Assembly: GCA_010015805.1 (NCBI GenBank)
Contig: ML978133.1
Span: forward strand, 62,001 to 126,000
Source: Rhizodiscina lignyota
Lineage: Eukaryota
Direction of reading: 5' to 3'
Length of the DNA stretch: 64,000 nt
The position numbers were made by a program, and so were the translations under genes. Under the pieces are notes generated by a model. It searched no databases, had not been told where the DNA came from, and saw nothing but the letters and a program-made list of their open reading frames with translations. Shown in pieces: positions 11,640-23,906 of this stretch. Each line of letters opens with the position of its first letter. The first letter of the stretch is position 1.

Positions 11640-12679
11640 AGCCACTCGAACTCTGTTCAAAATTAGCTACGTCTAGGTCAATCGTAATGTTGGGAGTCAT
11701 CTCTTCACGCATCGTATACTTCGTTATGAGGTCGACTACTGCGCTCGATATTGCGGACTCTTCACCTAATATGACGTCAATTGCTGGCTGGATATTTGAA
11801 CTTTTGTGAATTAGTGCAAGCTGTTCAAAGAGACTCTGCGGCCCATCGAACACATCCTTCGCATACACGCAAGTCAAGCCTGTGATATACGGAAAGAGTT
11901 CATTCAAATGTAAGGCTAGGCAATAAGTGCGGAGTCTACATTGGGCATCGAAAAGCTGCTTGAAGACTTTGATGTCTCAACTGATAGTATTTCAGTTTTC
12001 TCTTGCTCTAATACTTGTTCGAAATGGTACTGGGAGGATTTTCAAGCGTCCAATAGTATCTGCAACTTTAATGGCGCATAGTCGAAAAGCGGTTTCGCGA
12101 CGCCCAACCGAGTCCGACTAATGCATTAAATTAAGCCGGGGCCCTCGTTATTCGTGCACGACTTGGAATTTGCCATGCGTTTCATTGGCCTTGACCTGTC
12201 GCAACGAAGTGGCCGACGCATCTTTAAGGCCCACTACGAGACACGCGATTATATCCATTGCTCTTTCACGATGATCAATTGGTATGATTCATTAGCTCAT
12301 CGTCGCTTTAGGCAATTCTCTTCGGAGCTTCCTCTTGCAGGGTCCGCGCGGATCTGACAGTTTCTACGGTAAGGATTCTACCAAACTTCGGCGAACCAGG
12401 TCAATTGCGCAAGGCACGTTCGTGCTAACAGATGGATACCAACATCCGTTTTCGAGCCGATTTACGCAAGAAAATATCAATTCGCCGATATCGAGGCGAG
12501 TAATAGTTCGGAATTCCCGTGCATCTCTGCGGTCGTGCAGAGCAGATTCGACGTACAAAAATCTCGCGATGCCTCACCTGTCTCTTGGATGAGCCGGAGG
12601 TAAATTGAGGGTTTCCATATCTCAATCGAATTTCTATATACCTCTCGTTGAGTAAATGTTCATTTGGTCCTCATATATC

Positions 12680-14164
12680 ATGTCGTATTACTTGGTTCTT
12701 TCGCTCTTGCTGAACGCCGTGACGGCAGTGGAGCTGGTTGGAGATTCAACAGGCACGATTCCAGCGAAATTTCCTCCGTATCTAGGCGGTCAATCACCAT
12801 GGTTCCCAGGTATTAATGCATTTTTGAACATATACATGTAAATATCGTACTGACTTAGACATGGAGGTCCCAACGTGAACCACATCTCTCCCGAGCCACC
12901 CGAAGGATGCTCTGTTGACATGGCCGCTTTCACAAGTCGGCATTCCTCTCGTTACCCCGACCCAGGTTCTTATGAACAATGGGTAGCTCTTCAGTCGAAA
13001 ATCCAGAATGCGTCTTTTACTGCTCATGGGCCTCTTTCTTTCATATCGGACTGGAAAACTGCGCTCCGCCATCCAGACCAGGAGATCTCGCAAATATCAA
13101 TTGGCGGCTACAAAGAGCTATACGACATGGGCGTGACTTACAGACTCCGATACCCGGACATGTATTCCGACAATCAGCCGTTCTATGTCTGGGCCAATCA
13201 GTACCAGACCAACCAGCCTCGTGTGATAGATTCGGCTCGCCTCTTCGTTCGTGGATTCGTCGGACCTAATGCGACCACTGATGGCTCGGTGTACGTATTG
13301 AACAACACTGATCCTCGTGGCATTGCCAATTCTCTGGCTCCCTCTGATATCTGCCCCACATATATGGACACATCTGGAGGATCCTTTGCCACCGAATGGG
13401 CGAACATCTACCTTCCCCCAATCGTCGACCGTGCCAATGCTCTGACGAGCCCAAAAGGCGCCGTAAACTTCACAGCATCCGATGTCAGCAATTTCCCAGT
13501 TCTATGCGGCTATGAGTCCCAGATTACCGGCCGCACGAGCCCGTGGTGCGGAACATTCACAGAGCCCGAGCTCAAGCAGTTTGAGTACGCGCAAGACATA
13601 AGGTACTACTATGGCTCCGGACCAGGAGCACTGAAGAACGACACATTCATGTTGCCGTTCCTTGCTGCCGTCGTGCAGCGGTTCATGGACGGACCAAACA
13701 AGACATACACATCCAGTGATGGCACCAAGTTCACTCCCCCACCATTGATCGGAACATTCACGAATGACGGCCAGATCAACCAGCTCGCCAGCACGATAGG
13801 CGTGTTTGACGATCAAGCTCCATTGCCCGCGAATCACATCCCGCCGAGGCAAAAGTACATTGCTTCTCGTTATGTTACCATGCGTGGCACGATCGGATTT
13901 GAGCGACTCAACTGTAAGGGGAAGCAATATATGCGCACGCTGCTGAACGATGCGGTGTATCCCGTCGTTGGATGCGACTCTGGGCCAGGATGCTCTTGCC
14001 CGCTGAATGAGTACGCACAGCTGGTAGCGCGAAAGCAGAAGGAAGCGGGGAATTTTGTCGACGTGTGTTTCGGGGCTGCTGCGCATGCTGCTGTAAATGG
14101 TACGGCGAAGACTACGTTCCTGACGGATCTGGCGCTTCCTTGGGAACGGAAGGTCGTACCATAG
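12680..14164 (+). CDS. Secreted histidine acid phosphatase / phytase-like protein
   Basis: Signal peptide MSYYLVLSLLLNAVTA. Intron 12810-12866 restores LGGQSPWFPGPNV. Catalytic motif RHSSRYP (an RHGxRxP variant), RVIDSARLF, FERLNC and C-terminal CDSGPGCSCPL. Confidence 0.85.
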
Positions 14165-14433
14165 CAAGGGACTGAATCGTGTGTATAGAAGCTGCTATGA
14201 AATGAGATAATCTGCATAAATCTAGAATAAAACAAACATAATGAAGCTGCGAAGTGACCCGAACTTTTCCTCTTTAGCTGTTTTCAATCTGAGCCCGAAA
14301 CGCATCTCCCATTCGGTTAGCGCCATATTTCATATCCTTAACCAACGCCAACGCTCTTACCAGTAGTCAATTTTAGTATCCTTGGGTGATCATTTCCATC
14401 GTTAACTTCTGAGGACATTGAAATGTGATCAGA

Positions 14434-15228
14434 TCAGAAGCGGCTCTCTCCACTTTCAACATCGTAGCCTCCCACCCACCAAATAGCCGCTTTGACAATC
14501 TCCTTCTTAACCAACAATTCTTCCGCAGTCCTCGGTGCATACACCATCAAGAACCCACCGGGGACAAAACGACTCAGCCATCCGCCCTTGGCAAGTGGAT
14601 GCCGCTCCCCCCAACCTGCATTTAGAACGATTGCCGCATCCGCAGGGTGTAGCGTGAGATGCGTGCTACCATCGGATGGGTGACTATGGCATATCTCGCC
14701 GGAGCAGTTGCGGGAGCCTGTTCTACGGATGACAGATGGGGATGGAGAGAGCGTGAAGAGGCCAGGTCCATGTTTCTCGAGACATGATGTTCCAAGCCTG
14801 AGCTGCTGAGGATGCTTCTGCGCAAGGTCGTACACCATTTGAGACCAGAGGTTGAATAGGTGGATAGGTGGACGTTGCGTCGTCTGTCGATGAGGAGCGA
14901 TTCCTTCGACCGCCGGGCGAGGGCCAATGCGAGGGGAAATGTACTTTAGGTAGCCAGATTGCGGGTTGAGTGATGGAGGAATAGCTGCAGGCTCGAGGGG
15001 ATTGCTGATCGCAAAGAGCGATAAGAATTTGATTTTAACATACCCCGGAAAGGTGGATGGAGTACCTCCAGGGCCGAGAGCTTTGAAGCGGCAGAAGTCG
15101 ATGTGGATGAGGTAGATGCAGAATGCTGAGAGGATGATAATAAGGAAGATAACTAGAGGGTGGGGCGTAATTATTCCAGAACGCGTGATGATGGAGAGCG
15201 GAGTCGGCTGCATGGCTGTTGGTATCAT
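14434..15228 (-). CDS. Luciferase-like domain (DUF5519) protein with N-terminal transmembrane helix
   Basis: ALGPGGTP, RP.VEGIAPHRQ, TSCLEKHG, EICHSHPSDGSTHLTL, GWGERHPL and MVYAPRT.EE motifs. Confidence 0.8.
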   Translation of the reverse strand: MIPTAMQPTPLSIITRSGIITPHPLVIFLIIILSAFCIYLIHIDFCRFKALGPGGTPSTFPGYVKIKFLSLFAISNPLEPAAIPPSLNPQSGYLKYISPRIGPRPAVEGIAPHRQTTQRPPIHLFNLWSQMVYDLAQKHPQQLRLGTSCLEKHGPGLFTLSPSPSVIRRTGSRNCSGEICHSHPSDGSTHLTLHPADAAIVLNAGWGERHPLAKGGWLSRFVPGGFLMVYAPRTAEELLVKKEIVKAAIWWVGGYDVESGESRF

Positions 15229-16811
15229 ATTTTCGAGCCGATGAAGTTTGCTGTCAGAAACAAGAGGCCAAGAGATGCTTAGCAGCTGTCACTTCTCGGA
15301 TAAAGAGGAATATATCGATCTCCAGGCCAGAGGAACTCGAGTGAAAGAAGTACAAAAGTGGCACGTGGTGCCAAAATGGGAGAAAGAAAACTAGAAGTGC
15401 TGAACGAAGTCAGAATAGAAATGCGTTGAGAACCGCACACGTGGGCGAGGAATGCGGAAGCCGGGAGAGACCCCAATTGGCAGTGTAACTGCTATTCTGC
15501 ATCGTGGCATGCCAAAATTGGTTGCAACTTCCTTACTTCACGCACGCGTGAGATAACTGCATAGCATTGCATTAAATGCAAAAGATACGGCGGAGTGATT
15601 TGGGCTCCGTCGTTTAACAGCTTACCGTCCATCTCCACAATTCGAATCCTGAGCGCCCGACTCTTGTGCAAAACGGGAGGAAACAAAAAGCAGGGTCACA
15701 AGATGCTGCTGAAAGTCTCACACGTCGTACGTATGACGTTAGTGGTGGCTATGGTACCCTCGTGGCGTGGGAGAGGGGATGTGCGACTACTGCAGGACAG
15801 AAGCTTAGGTTCTGACCATCAGGCCAGCTGACGTTGCATGCAGTCAACAGGCAGATACATGCGTCCAAGTCGTAGTGATAAGTAGTAGGCATACTTCGAT
15901 AGGAGCCAATTCCGAGGACGGGTGTGCATTTTATGATCTTAAATGAAATTGGGCGGATCGTCATGGCGTCGAGAGATGAGCTGTCCGGGAACTTGGATGC
16001 ATGGCAGGAAGTTGCAGAAGCGGTGGAGGTTTCCGGACCCGGATCCATGTGAACGGCTCTCTGCTACACAGCTAATGACATGAGTGTGACGTTCGAATGG
16101 GACGAAAAGCGGTATGCGCTTTGATTCGGCTATCAGGACACGCCACAATGCCAAGGCGGCAAGGCCCCGAAGTCCAAGGGTGCCGGGGTTTAGGCATACG
16201 TTTTTCCGATCCGGCCCCGGGCGCCCGTGCGTCGCGTCCGTATAAAATTCTCGCTCGACCTCGCAAATTCCTTTCCTTTTTTTCTTCAGTCGACTGTGAG
16301 TTTTCCACCTGCGTACCCAACTTTTTCATCGCGCAGATCACTAACAATGTATTGTAGTTACTCTAGAGAATCATTTCTATAGTAAACGTCTTTCTCTTGG
16401 TTTCTCACAGAAGCCACAGAGCCCAACCTGGCTGATGATCGAAATCCTCGATGCCCCAGAGTGAATATGACACATCTAGCATGTGGTGCGCTTCGGCTTC
16501 GGCTGGCGCGGTGCTGATGATCTCAACCCCGTTCTGGATGTCTGTTGCTTCGTGCCGGTCCGGCGGGGTGGGCGTCGATGGAGGTCTGACAGGCTCAATG
16601 CAAAAGGCTCTTGGTGTATGGGAGATACTGGGAGGTGTTTTGGAGAAGAATATAGTTGGTGATGAATGGGATTGCACAGCATTTGATAGACTCAACAATA
16701 TGATCGCCATTTGCATGGAAAACTGCCTGTCTTTATGACACCGTGCTGCCGTGCTTTTGTCGTGGGATCGTCTCAACTAAGAAGATGCTTTCCGTCTTGA
16801 GGTGTCAAATT

Positions 16812-18062
16812 TCAACACCAAGCAAATTTTTCATTCGCAATCCACTCCACCACATCCTTCGGCTTTTGGCCCTTTCCCATCTCGCCGTACCATCTCAAGC
16901 TCGTGATACTCTCACTTTCTCTGTCGACAATCTTGACGTCCTTGATATCTTTTCCTGTCACAGACGACGCAGCCCTGACCGTTTGCTCACTCGGATTCCA
17001 CGCACTCACCACCTCCATATTCCATTTTCCAGCCTCTTTCTGCGCCTCCTTCAGCAGAGCTGCAACGGCCTTCTCACCCTCTGGAGTTCCATCAATCGCA
17101 GGCTCGACCACCAAGCGCAAGATGTACAGTACATTCTCCTCCACCTTGCCGATCTCCTCGTTGTAGTTCATGCGCACCCAGTAGCACCATGCCCGCTTGC
17201 CTTGCTCCGATCCCACAATAGCGCCTTTGACTTCTGGGCTCCTCTGGTACAACTCCCCGCATACAAAGTTCTCTCGTGAGTGCATCCAGTTGATCGTTTC
17301 TTTATCGGGAATCAACGCAAACGTTGTCTTCTGCGAAGAGGGGGCCTTCTCTAAGGTCGCCCTCAGCAGTCTCTCGTCTTCTTCGCACAGCGATGGCAAG
17401 TCTTCCTGATAGAGCGGCCTTACGCTATAATCTGCAGCGCCATTGGCGCCATTGGTACCATTGTCTGCCTCGCCCGACTTCGTCACCGCAGGGAGCTCCA
17501 CATGGGCCGATTCGAACGGCTGCCAGCCGCCATTGAGCGCGTAGAATGTCTTGCCAATATCCGAATACAGTGTGGTACATGCCACTTCCGCCTTCTCATT
17601 CTGATGGCTACGCAGCGCATCGCCAAGTAGCTGCATCATGCGCCCCGCATACCCTCGCCGTCTGAACTCTACAGGACAGAAGACCGATCCCACACCATGG
17701 CATATCACATCTCTCACTCCTGCGGTCCCATGGCTCCTTAGTAACGCCCGCTTGCGGATCGTTTCGCACCCACTCAATACGATGCGCTCTGTCTCTCCGT
17801 CTTCGTTGGTTATGAGCGGCAGAGAGGTGTCAATTAGGATCCACGATGTCAGTCCGCCGTCTCGCGTGTGGTCTTGGGCGACGAGGAAGGCTTCTCGCCG
17901 AAGGTACTGCTCGAGATTGAGCGAGCCCTTCCATGCGGCCCCATTGTTGCGCTGCTGCCGTAGGTTCTCGGCGGGGGTGGGGTGGGCGAGAGTCAGCGTC
18001 GAAGAGGTGACTGCGGGGAGGAGGGAAGGGTCGATGAGGCGCGTGGTCTCGTTTACTGTCAT
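16812..18062 (-). CDS. GNAT family N-acetyltransferase (LYC1-like lysine acetyltransferase)
   Basis: GVGSVFCPVEFRRRGYAGRMM acetyl-CoA binding motif, LYSDIGKTFY and C-terminal WIANEKFAWC. Confidence 0.85.
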   Translation of the reverse strand: MTVNETTRLIDPSLLPAVTSSTLTLAHPTPAENLRQQRNNGAAWKGSLNLEQYLRREAFLVAQDHTRDGGLTSWILIDTSLPLITNEDGETERIVLSGCETIRKRALLRSHGTAGVRDVICHGVGSVFCPVEFRRRGYAGRMMQLLGDALRSHQNEKAEVACTTLYSDIGKTFYALNGGWQPFESAHVELPAVTKSGEADNGTNGANGAADYSVRPLYQEDLPSLCEEDERLLRATLEKAPSSQKTTFALIPDKETINWMHSRENFVCGELYQRSPEVKGAIVGSEQGKRAWCYWVRMNYNEEIGKVEENVLYILRLVVEPAIDGTPEGEKAVAALLKEAQKEAGKWNMEVVSAWNPSEQTVRAASSVTGKDIKDVKIVDRESESITSLRWYGEMGKGQKPKDVVEWIANEKFAWC

Positions 18063-18823
18063 TTTTGCTGGTTTGCGGTGATGAATGATTGGTAGTGAGA
18101 CTCGAAATAGAGATGTCGTGAGTCGACGAACAAAGAGATTGTGTATCGCGACCGGTCTATTGAGGCTAGAATGCGAGAGAGAAAAGAGCCGCCGGGTCTA
18201 TATCTATGTGTCTATCTGTGAAAACTAGGAAAAGAAAAACTGCTGAACCTTGTCTATGCGCGCGCGGATGTCAATGTCATGTCAAAAGTCGACCAATGCA
18301 GGGCATTTCCAGCGCCGGAAACCTCCAGAACATGATCACAAGGATGAGTCAAGAGACTTGGAACTTGACAAAGAGCGTAACATCGCCTCAGCTGGTGGAG
18401 ACCATGTGAGACACCAATTGGGCGTGCAACTGCCTCTAAAGGTGAGTAGAAGAGCGTGCGACACGGAATTGGAGTTGGACTGTGGGGAAGGGCGGTGTCG
18501 TCGTTGTGGGGACGGGTGGGTGATAGTTATTGTGCCGACGCAAAGCGATGACAAGCGCTTTCGATTAGATGCTCTGACGTGATGAATAATGGGAGGCAGG
18601 TGGAAGCAAAAAACGTGCAGACGCTGCGGACACGAGTGGAGTGTAAGACTATTACATTGCTTGCATGTAGGTCTGCCTATCTGAATTCAGGTACCAGTGG
18701 TGCTGGTTCATGGTATAGAACGACCCATCCATCCAATCCGAAAAAGTGCTTCCAAGTAATATAGAACTTCCCTGTTGCAGACGCCTTGCTAATTCAACGA
18801 GTCCAAAGTCAATATCATGAATC

Positions 18824-19718
18824 TCATGGAGGAGGTGCTCGCTCAGCCGGTGGCATCTCCCTCCCACTCGTGTCCCTGACTTTAGCGTTCTTCAGTGCCG
18901 GGCCAGGCTCCGTCGACACGCTTCGACTCTGACTATTCCGACTGATCTTATCCATCTGTTCATCCCACCGTTCTTGCTCCTCAGACGATACTTCCCTGTC
19001 TCGCTCGATTCTTCGCTGCTCAGCTCTCAACATTGCCACATGCTCATCATCATCCTCCGAGTCGTTGTCCAACAACTCCCCATCCGCAGTATCGTGGTCT
19101 GGCGGCGCGATCCACTCTCGTGGAACTACGCATGGCAATGCGAGGCCAATACTAGCAGCGCGGTTCAGCCATGAGGGCGCTTGTTTTGATGTGAGTTTCT
19201 CGCAGAGATAGGAGGTGAAGTGATTGCAGTTGTTCGTGAGGAGATTGTAACTCGTGCCTTGGAATTTCTGCGACGCTTCTTGGATAACCTGCTCAATCTC
19301 TGCCTCTGGGAGGAAGGAGAAGCCCTGGAGGATCTCGCATTTGAACGTTCCTCCCGGTGGCTCGAGTTTCGGTCTCGTCCAATACACGCCACTCACACCA
19401 CGCTTGTCATGTCCGCCGTATGCATACTCCCTGCCATTTACGACGACGCCGGAGTGAAGGAGAGAGCCCCCGAAGAACCAGAGGATGCTGGATAGCTTGC
19501 CCGGCTGTACGTGACGTTAGTGGGATATTTGGACTGTCGCGTGACTGCAGAACCCGGACAGTAGAGAAAGCAGAACATACTGGAAGAAGATCATAGACAT
19601 TTATGACAACCTCAGTTTTCTGTAGCGACAGAGTGGAGCGATGCGAAGCTTGTCGCTTTGCCTTTGGCTTGTGTTTCGAGGCGGTCGAGTTCCGCGGTGT
19701 CGACGATGGACTCGGCAT
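18824..19718 (-). CDS. PPPDE/DeSI peptidase (C97; desumoylating/deubiquitinating isopeptidase)
   Basis: VINVYDLLP, intron 19505-19580, then PGKLSSILW...LLHSGVVVNGREYAYG. Catalytic motif YNLLTNNCNHFT. Confidence 0.9.
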
Positions 19719-20285
19719 TACTTTGAGTTAGTTTCAGGAAACGGACACGGCCCAGCCGGTCTCGTCGATGGTCATGTATTAAAAGACGTTGCAAACGAGA
19801 GACGGGTGATTCGAATGTGGGGAAAAGGAGACAGCTGCAGGACTGGAGATGGTGAGGCAGATTGCTGCATGCAACATGCACCGCCGCCAAATGGAGCGCT
19901 TGCGATGCGCCTGAGCGATGATGATTTGCTCGCCACCCGAGAGGGGACCCTTAGGAGCAGCTTAACGACGCGGAGGTTTCGGCGGCGGTTACTCCGCGAG
20001 GAGCTCTGCTCCTTCGGGCGCATTTGAAGATTTCATCAGGCTTGAAACACATTTGCTTCGTGAGCACTGACGTAGTGAAGGCGGGACAGTGTTCTCGTCT
20101 TCGAGCATCGAGACACAATTAGTACCTTTTCTTCCTCATTCTACTTCACTTCTCCACTCTTCGTTTTCTGCAGACGCGCAGCTCGGCCTGCGATCATCTT
20201 CTCCCATCCCACCTCAGCCCAGCCAAAGCACAACACCAATTCCATCACTTTTCAACTCCGCACATACGCAAGCAAGAAGAAAAAA

Positions 20286-21887
20286 ATGCCACCAAAAAAG
20301 CAAGTCAAGGAGGAGAAGATCCCTCTTGGAAGGCCGGGCAACAGCTTGAAGAGCGGCATCGTAAGCTTGAGGATCAGTCGATATAGCAGCACATTCATTT
20401 TCTAATTATATCATCTAGGTCGGCCTCGCAAACGTCGGCAAATCAACTCTCTTCCAAGCCATCACAAAATGCTCCCTCGGTAACCCTGCTGTACGTCACT
20501 CCCATTACCAGCAACCAACCGCACATATTCTGACATCAATAGAACTTCCCATACGCAACCATTGAACCCGAAGAAGCCCGTGTCATAGTTCCAGACGAGC
20601 GATTCGACTGGCTGTGCCAACAATACAAGCCAAAATCCGAAGTCCCCGCCAATCTTACTGTGTACGACATTGCAGGCTTAACAAGAGGTGCATCCACTGG
20701 TGCCGGTCTGGGCAATGCCTTTCTTTCTCACATTCGCGCCGTCGATGCCATCTTCCAGGTGGTGAGATGCTTTGATGATGCGGAAATCATTCACGTCGAG
20801 GGTGATGTAGACCCAGTACGAGATTTGGACATCATCAGCGAGGAGCTGCGGATAAAAGATATCGAGTTCGTGGAAAAAGCACATGAGAATCTGACCAAGC
20901 AGACGAGGAGAGGCGGACAGAGTTTAGAAATGAAGAAGCTGAAAGAGGAGCAAGCGACGGTGGAGAAGATTCTGGAGCATCTCAAGGCAGGAAAAGACGT
21001 TAGGAAAGGCGAGTGGAGTCCGAAAGAGGTAAGATATCAACTTTTCATTCCGAATCACTATGCGATTGGCTTTTCGCGAATCACTCCTTCTATGATGACA
21101 AAGAGCTTCGTGCTCGAATAATCCCAGCTCTTCGAATGTCTCACACCAACGCAACGAGACGCTCATGTGAATACGTCCCATCTGATATATCAACCTCTTC
21201 TTACAAACATTCGGTCAATAAATTTTGGAGTTTAGAGCTAACAACAACCGAAGGTCGAGGTTATAAATCCGCTCTTCCTGCTTACAGCTAAGCCCGTCGT
21301 ATACCTCGTCAACCTCTCCGAAAAGGATTACATCCGCCAGAAAAACAAGAATCTACCCAAGATCGCAGCCTGGATAAAGGAGCACGCTGAAGGTGATCCA
21401 ATAATTCCCATCTCTGTGTCCTTCGAAGAACGTCTTACACGCTTCGAGACTGATGCCGAAGTCGCGAAGGAGTGTGAAAGCCTCGGCACCAAGTCTGCAC
21501 TGCCAAAGGTTATCATAACGATGCGTAAGGCACTGAAGCTCGCAAGTTTCTTCACTACCGGCACGGATGAGGTGAGACAATGGACAATCCGCGAGGGGAC
21601 GAAGGCGCCACAGGCAGCAGGCGTGATTCACACAGACTTTGAGAAGACTTTCATTCAAGTGATAGTGTATAATTACACCGCACTGAAGGAAGAGGGCGAT
21701 GAGGCAACCGTCAAGGCAAAAGGCAAGGTCATGACGAAGGGGAAGGAGTACGTTGTCGAAGACGGTAAGTGCAATTCCAGCTCAGGGCAATCAACGCTTT
21801 GGATGTCTCGGCTGGATGGGCTGCTAACGCGCGCTTGTCTCTGTAGGCGATATTCTCCTCATCAAAGCAGGCGCGGCCAAGTCTTAA
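20286..21887 (+). CDS. OLA1: Obg-like ATPase OLA1/YchF
   Basis: GIVGLANVGKST, NFPYATIEP, DIAGL and the TGS domain WTIREGTKAPQAAGVIHTDF. Introns 20361-20418, 20491-20542, 21029-21253 and 21764-21846. Confidence 0.95.
21087..21190 (+). ncRNA. Intronic box C/D snoRNA, snR69-like (predicted guide for the 25S rRNA site equivalent to yeast Cm2948)
   Basis: Box C ATGATGA at 21092-21098 and box D CTGA at 21182-21185, inside the unusually long (225-nt) OLA1 intron 3. The guide CCCAGCTC is complementary to conserved LSU rRNA GAGCUGGG and is followed by a D'-like TCGA; the D+5 rule points to the C. Confidence 0.65.
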
Positions 21888-22516
21888 TTCATCATGCAGC
21901 TCGCCAACCGAGTCCGCGGTTTCAAACATGTCCTCGTCCTTGCAGTCATATTCTTGGCATTTCCCAGTGATTTGCATGGAAAAGCGTGGGCTTGGGACGT
22001 GAAAGTTAAAAAGGCCGGGTTTCGAGTGGAACTCGGCATGGGACGAGCACTGAAAGCACCGACACGTGCGAAATTGCATACACGAGGTTATTTTCTTTTT
22101 TCTCGCTTTTCTAGAAGGTCAGGCGTTGGCTCGTATCGGTTCGCAGTGGCCCTGACAGGTCTGCGAGGCGACCGGGCGACCTGGTTGATACGTGCGGGCA
22201 TCCCAGTTGCTGATCAGGCACTGGCCGCATGAGTGTACCTTGAGGTTTCTGGGCACGAAGTCGATGAACCTCGAGGGTGATATTTGGACAGCGGAATAAC
22301 AGCCGCTTATATAGTCTAAATGAATGCAAGGAAAAGTTGAAACGAGACACATGCGGTTGATGACTTCATCAAAAAGTTTCATCCCGTTGATGTTTCATGT
22401 ACATCGTCCGGGTTCAGGACGTGATAAGCAGGGGCGTGATAATATCCCTGAAGTCACACTTCTCTCTTTGGCTCACGTCTCCACAGTCGAGATCAGCGAA
22501 CACGAAATCGGTAATG

Positions 22517-23906
22517 CTATGTCGAGGAGCCGAAGTCCTTTTCCATTGCCTCGAGAATCTTTGCCTCATCGATATTGTCGTCCTCGTTGATCTCACCATC
22601 TTCCGTCTTAGCCACCGGGTCCGTTAGACGCGGGTCTTGGTCGAGCATGTCTGGTTCCAAGTCCGCTCTCATCCTCCTGTAAAACTCGTCCTCGGAGATG
22701 TATTCGGCCGGGAGATTGTCGATGCTGCGGGAAAGCACGACAATCGTTGGGAATTCCAAAATGGCTTGATCATGTAATGCGTTGATGAAAGGTTGCGATG
22801 CGTCCAGTGGTACAAGAACCTTGGGCTGATGCGACGGCGTGCGCGGCTTCAGGAAATAGAAATAGCGAGGAGTGTCTTCAAGAATGCCCTCTCCTGGCTC
22901 TGGAATTACTGGATTGTCATCGCGAGAGTCCTCGATTTTGGACTGCTCACGTGAGGCAGTAACAGCATCTTGTTCTGAATTTGCGGAAGCCTCTAACCTA
23001 GAAGGTGTTTCATTTGATAACGGTTGCTCATCTTCGTGGTCCGGATCGTTCGTGATCATTTCTCTTCTCTTCGCAGCATGGCCGCTACCTTGTCCTTTTC
23101 GTTTCCGCTTCGTATCCTTCGTTAGATGTCGATAGTAGAGCTTCTCCAACGAGAGGCTGTCGGGCATATGGTCAGCAATATCCGGAGGACCATCCTCAGA
23201 AATGAACTCGATGGTCCAGCGGATATTCATGTGCCAGTGGTGTAGTTAGTAAGATGAATGCTTCCAGGAAAGTGTGATACTCACTTGCCGTCCCATTGCG
23301 TTTTGTTCATACGCTGCCTGCTCATTCCCGCAGGCATGCTCTTGTGCGTGACTCTGTTCTCTTCAAGCCTCTTTCGGAAATCGCGCCCATGCACTTGTAC
23401 ATGTGTCTTGATATTCGTTGTCACCGCGGCTTCGCCAAGGCCGCGCTCAACGCCGGTCAGGAAGTTGTAATCATGGTCGATACCAGCAGGCGTTTCAAGC
23501 CGCGACCTCTTTACAAAGACAGTCGGGTCTCGGATACCATTGCATACTGCTCGCTGTTGATGTAGCTTATAGCACGGTAGCGAACACGTGCGTGTGGAGC
23601 ACCGCGGACAGCGGTACTTGGGAGTAGCTCTATTGCTGAACGGAGTAATGTTTGTAAGCTTCAGATAGTGGTACACTATAATGACCTATATTATACGACC
23701 GTCTAACGGCTACCCAAGCCGGGCCCATGAAATACAGACGTCACTTTCAACTTGAAAGCCGGTGCCACGCAACCGTTGGGTGAGACATTGACAAGGACAT
23801 CCAGAAGGGAAGCAGTGCTATGGAACGATGGGATAAGGAAAAAAGAAAGGCGAATCTAGACTTACCAGACACTGCAAAGCTCACTCAAGACAGGCTGTTG
23901 TGCCAT
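22517..23906 (-). CDS. BCD1: Box C/D snoRNA protein 1 (Bcd1, zf-HIT)
   Basis: Spliced N-terminus LSELCSVC|NRATPKYRCPRCSTRTCSLPCYKLH (intron 23636-23865), GIDHDYNFLTGVER and ILEFPTIVV. The second intron starts at 23284 and has no canonical in-frame AG. Confidence 0.85.

Noticed and set aside
11383..12080. Minus-strand 174-aa ORF as a gene
   Set aside because: It has a TTG start, in-frame stops just upstream and overlaps the GH76 3' end. At most it is an unrecognisable gene relic.
14434..15228. Fungal bioluminescence cluster around the luciferase-like gene
   Set aside because: No hispidin synthase (PKS), hispidin-3-hydroxylase or caffeylpyruvate hydrolase gene is nearby, and DUF5519 proteins are widespread in non-luminous fungi.
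15279..16800. Short ORFs between the luciferase-like and GNAT genes
   Set aside because: No motif, signal peptide or splice pattern that I can support.
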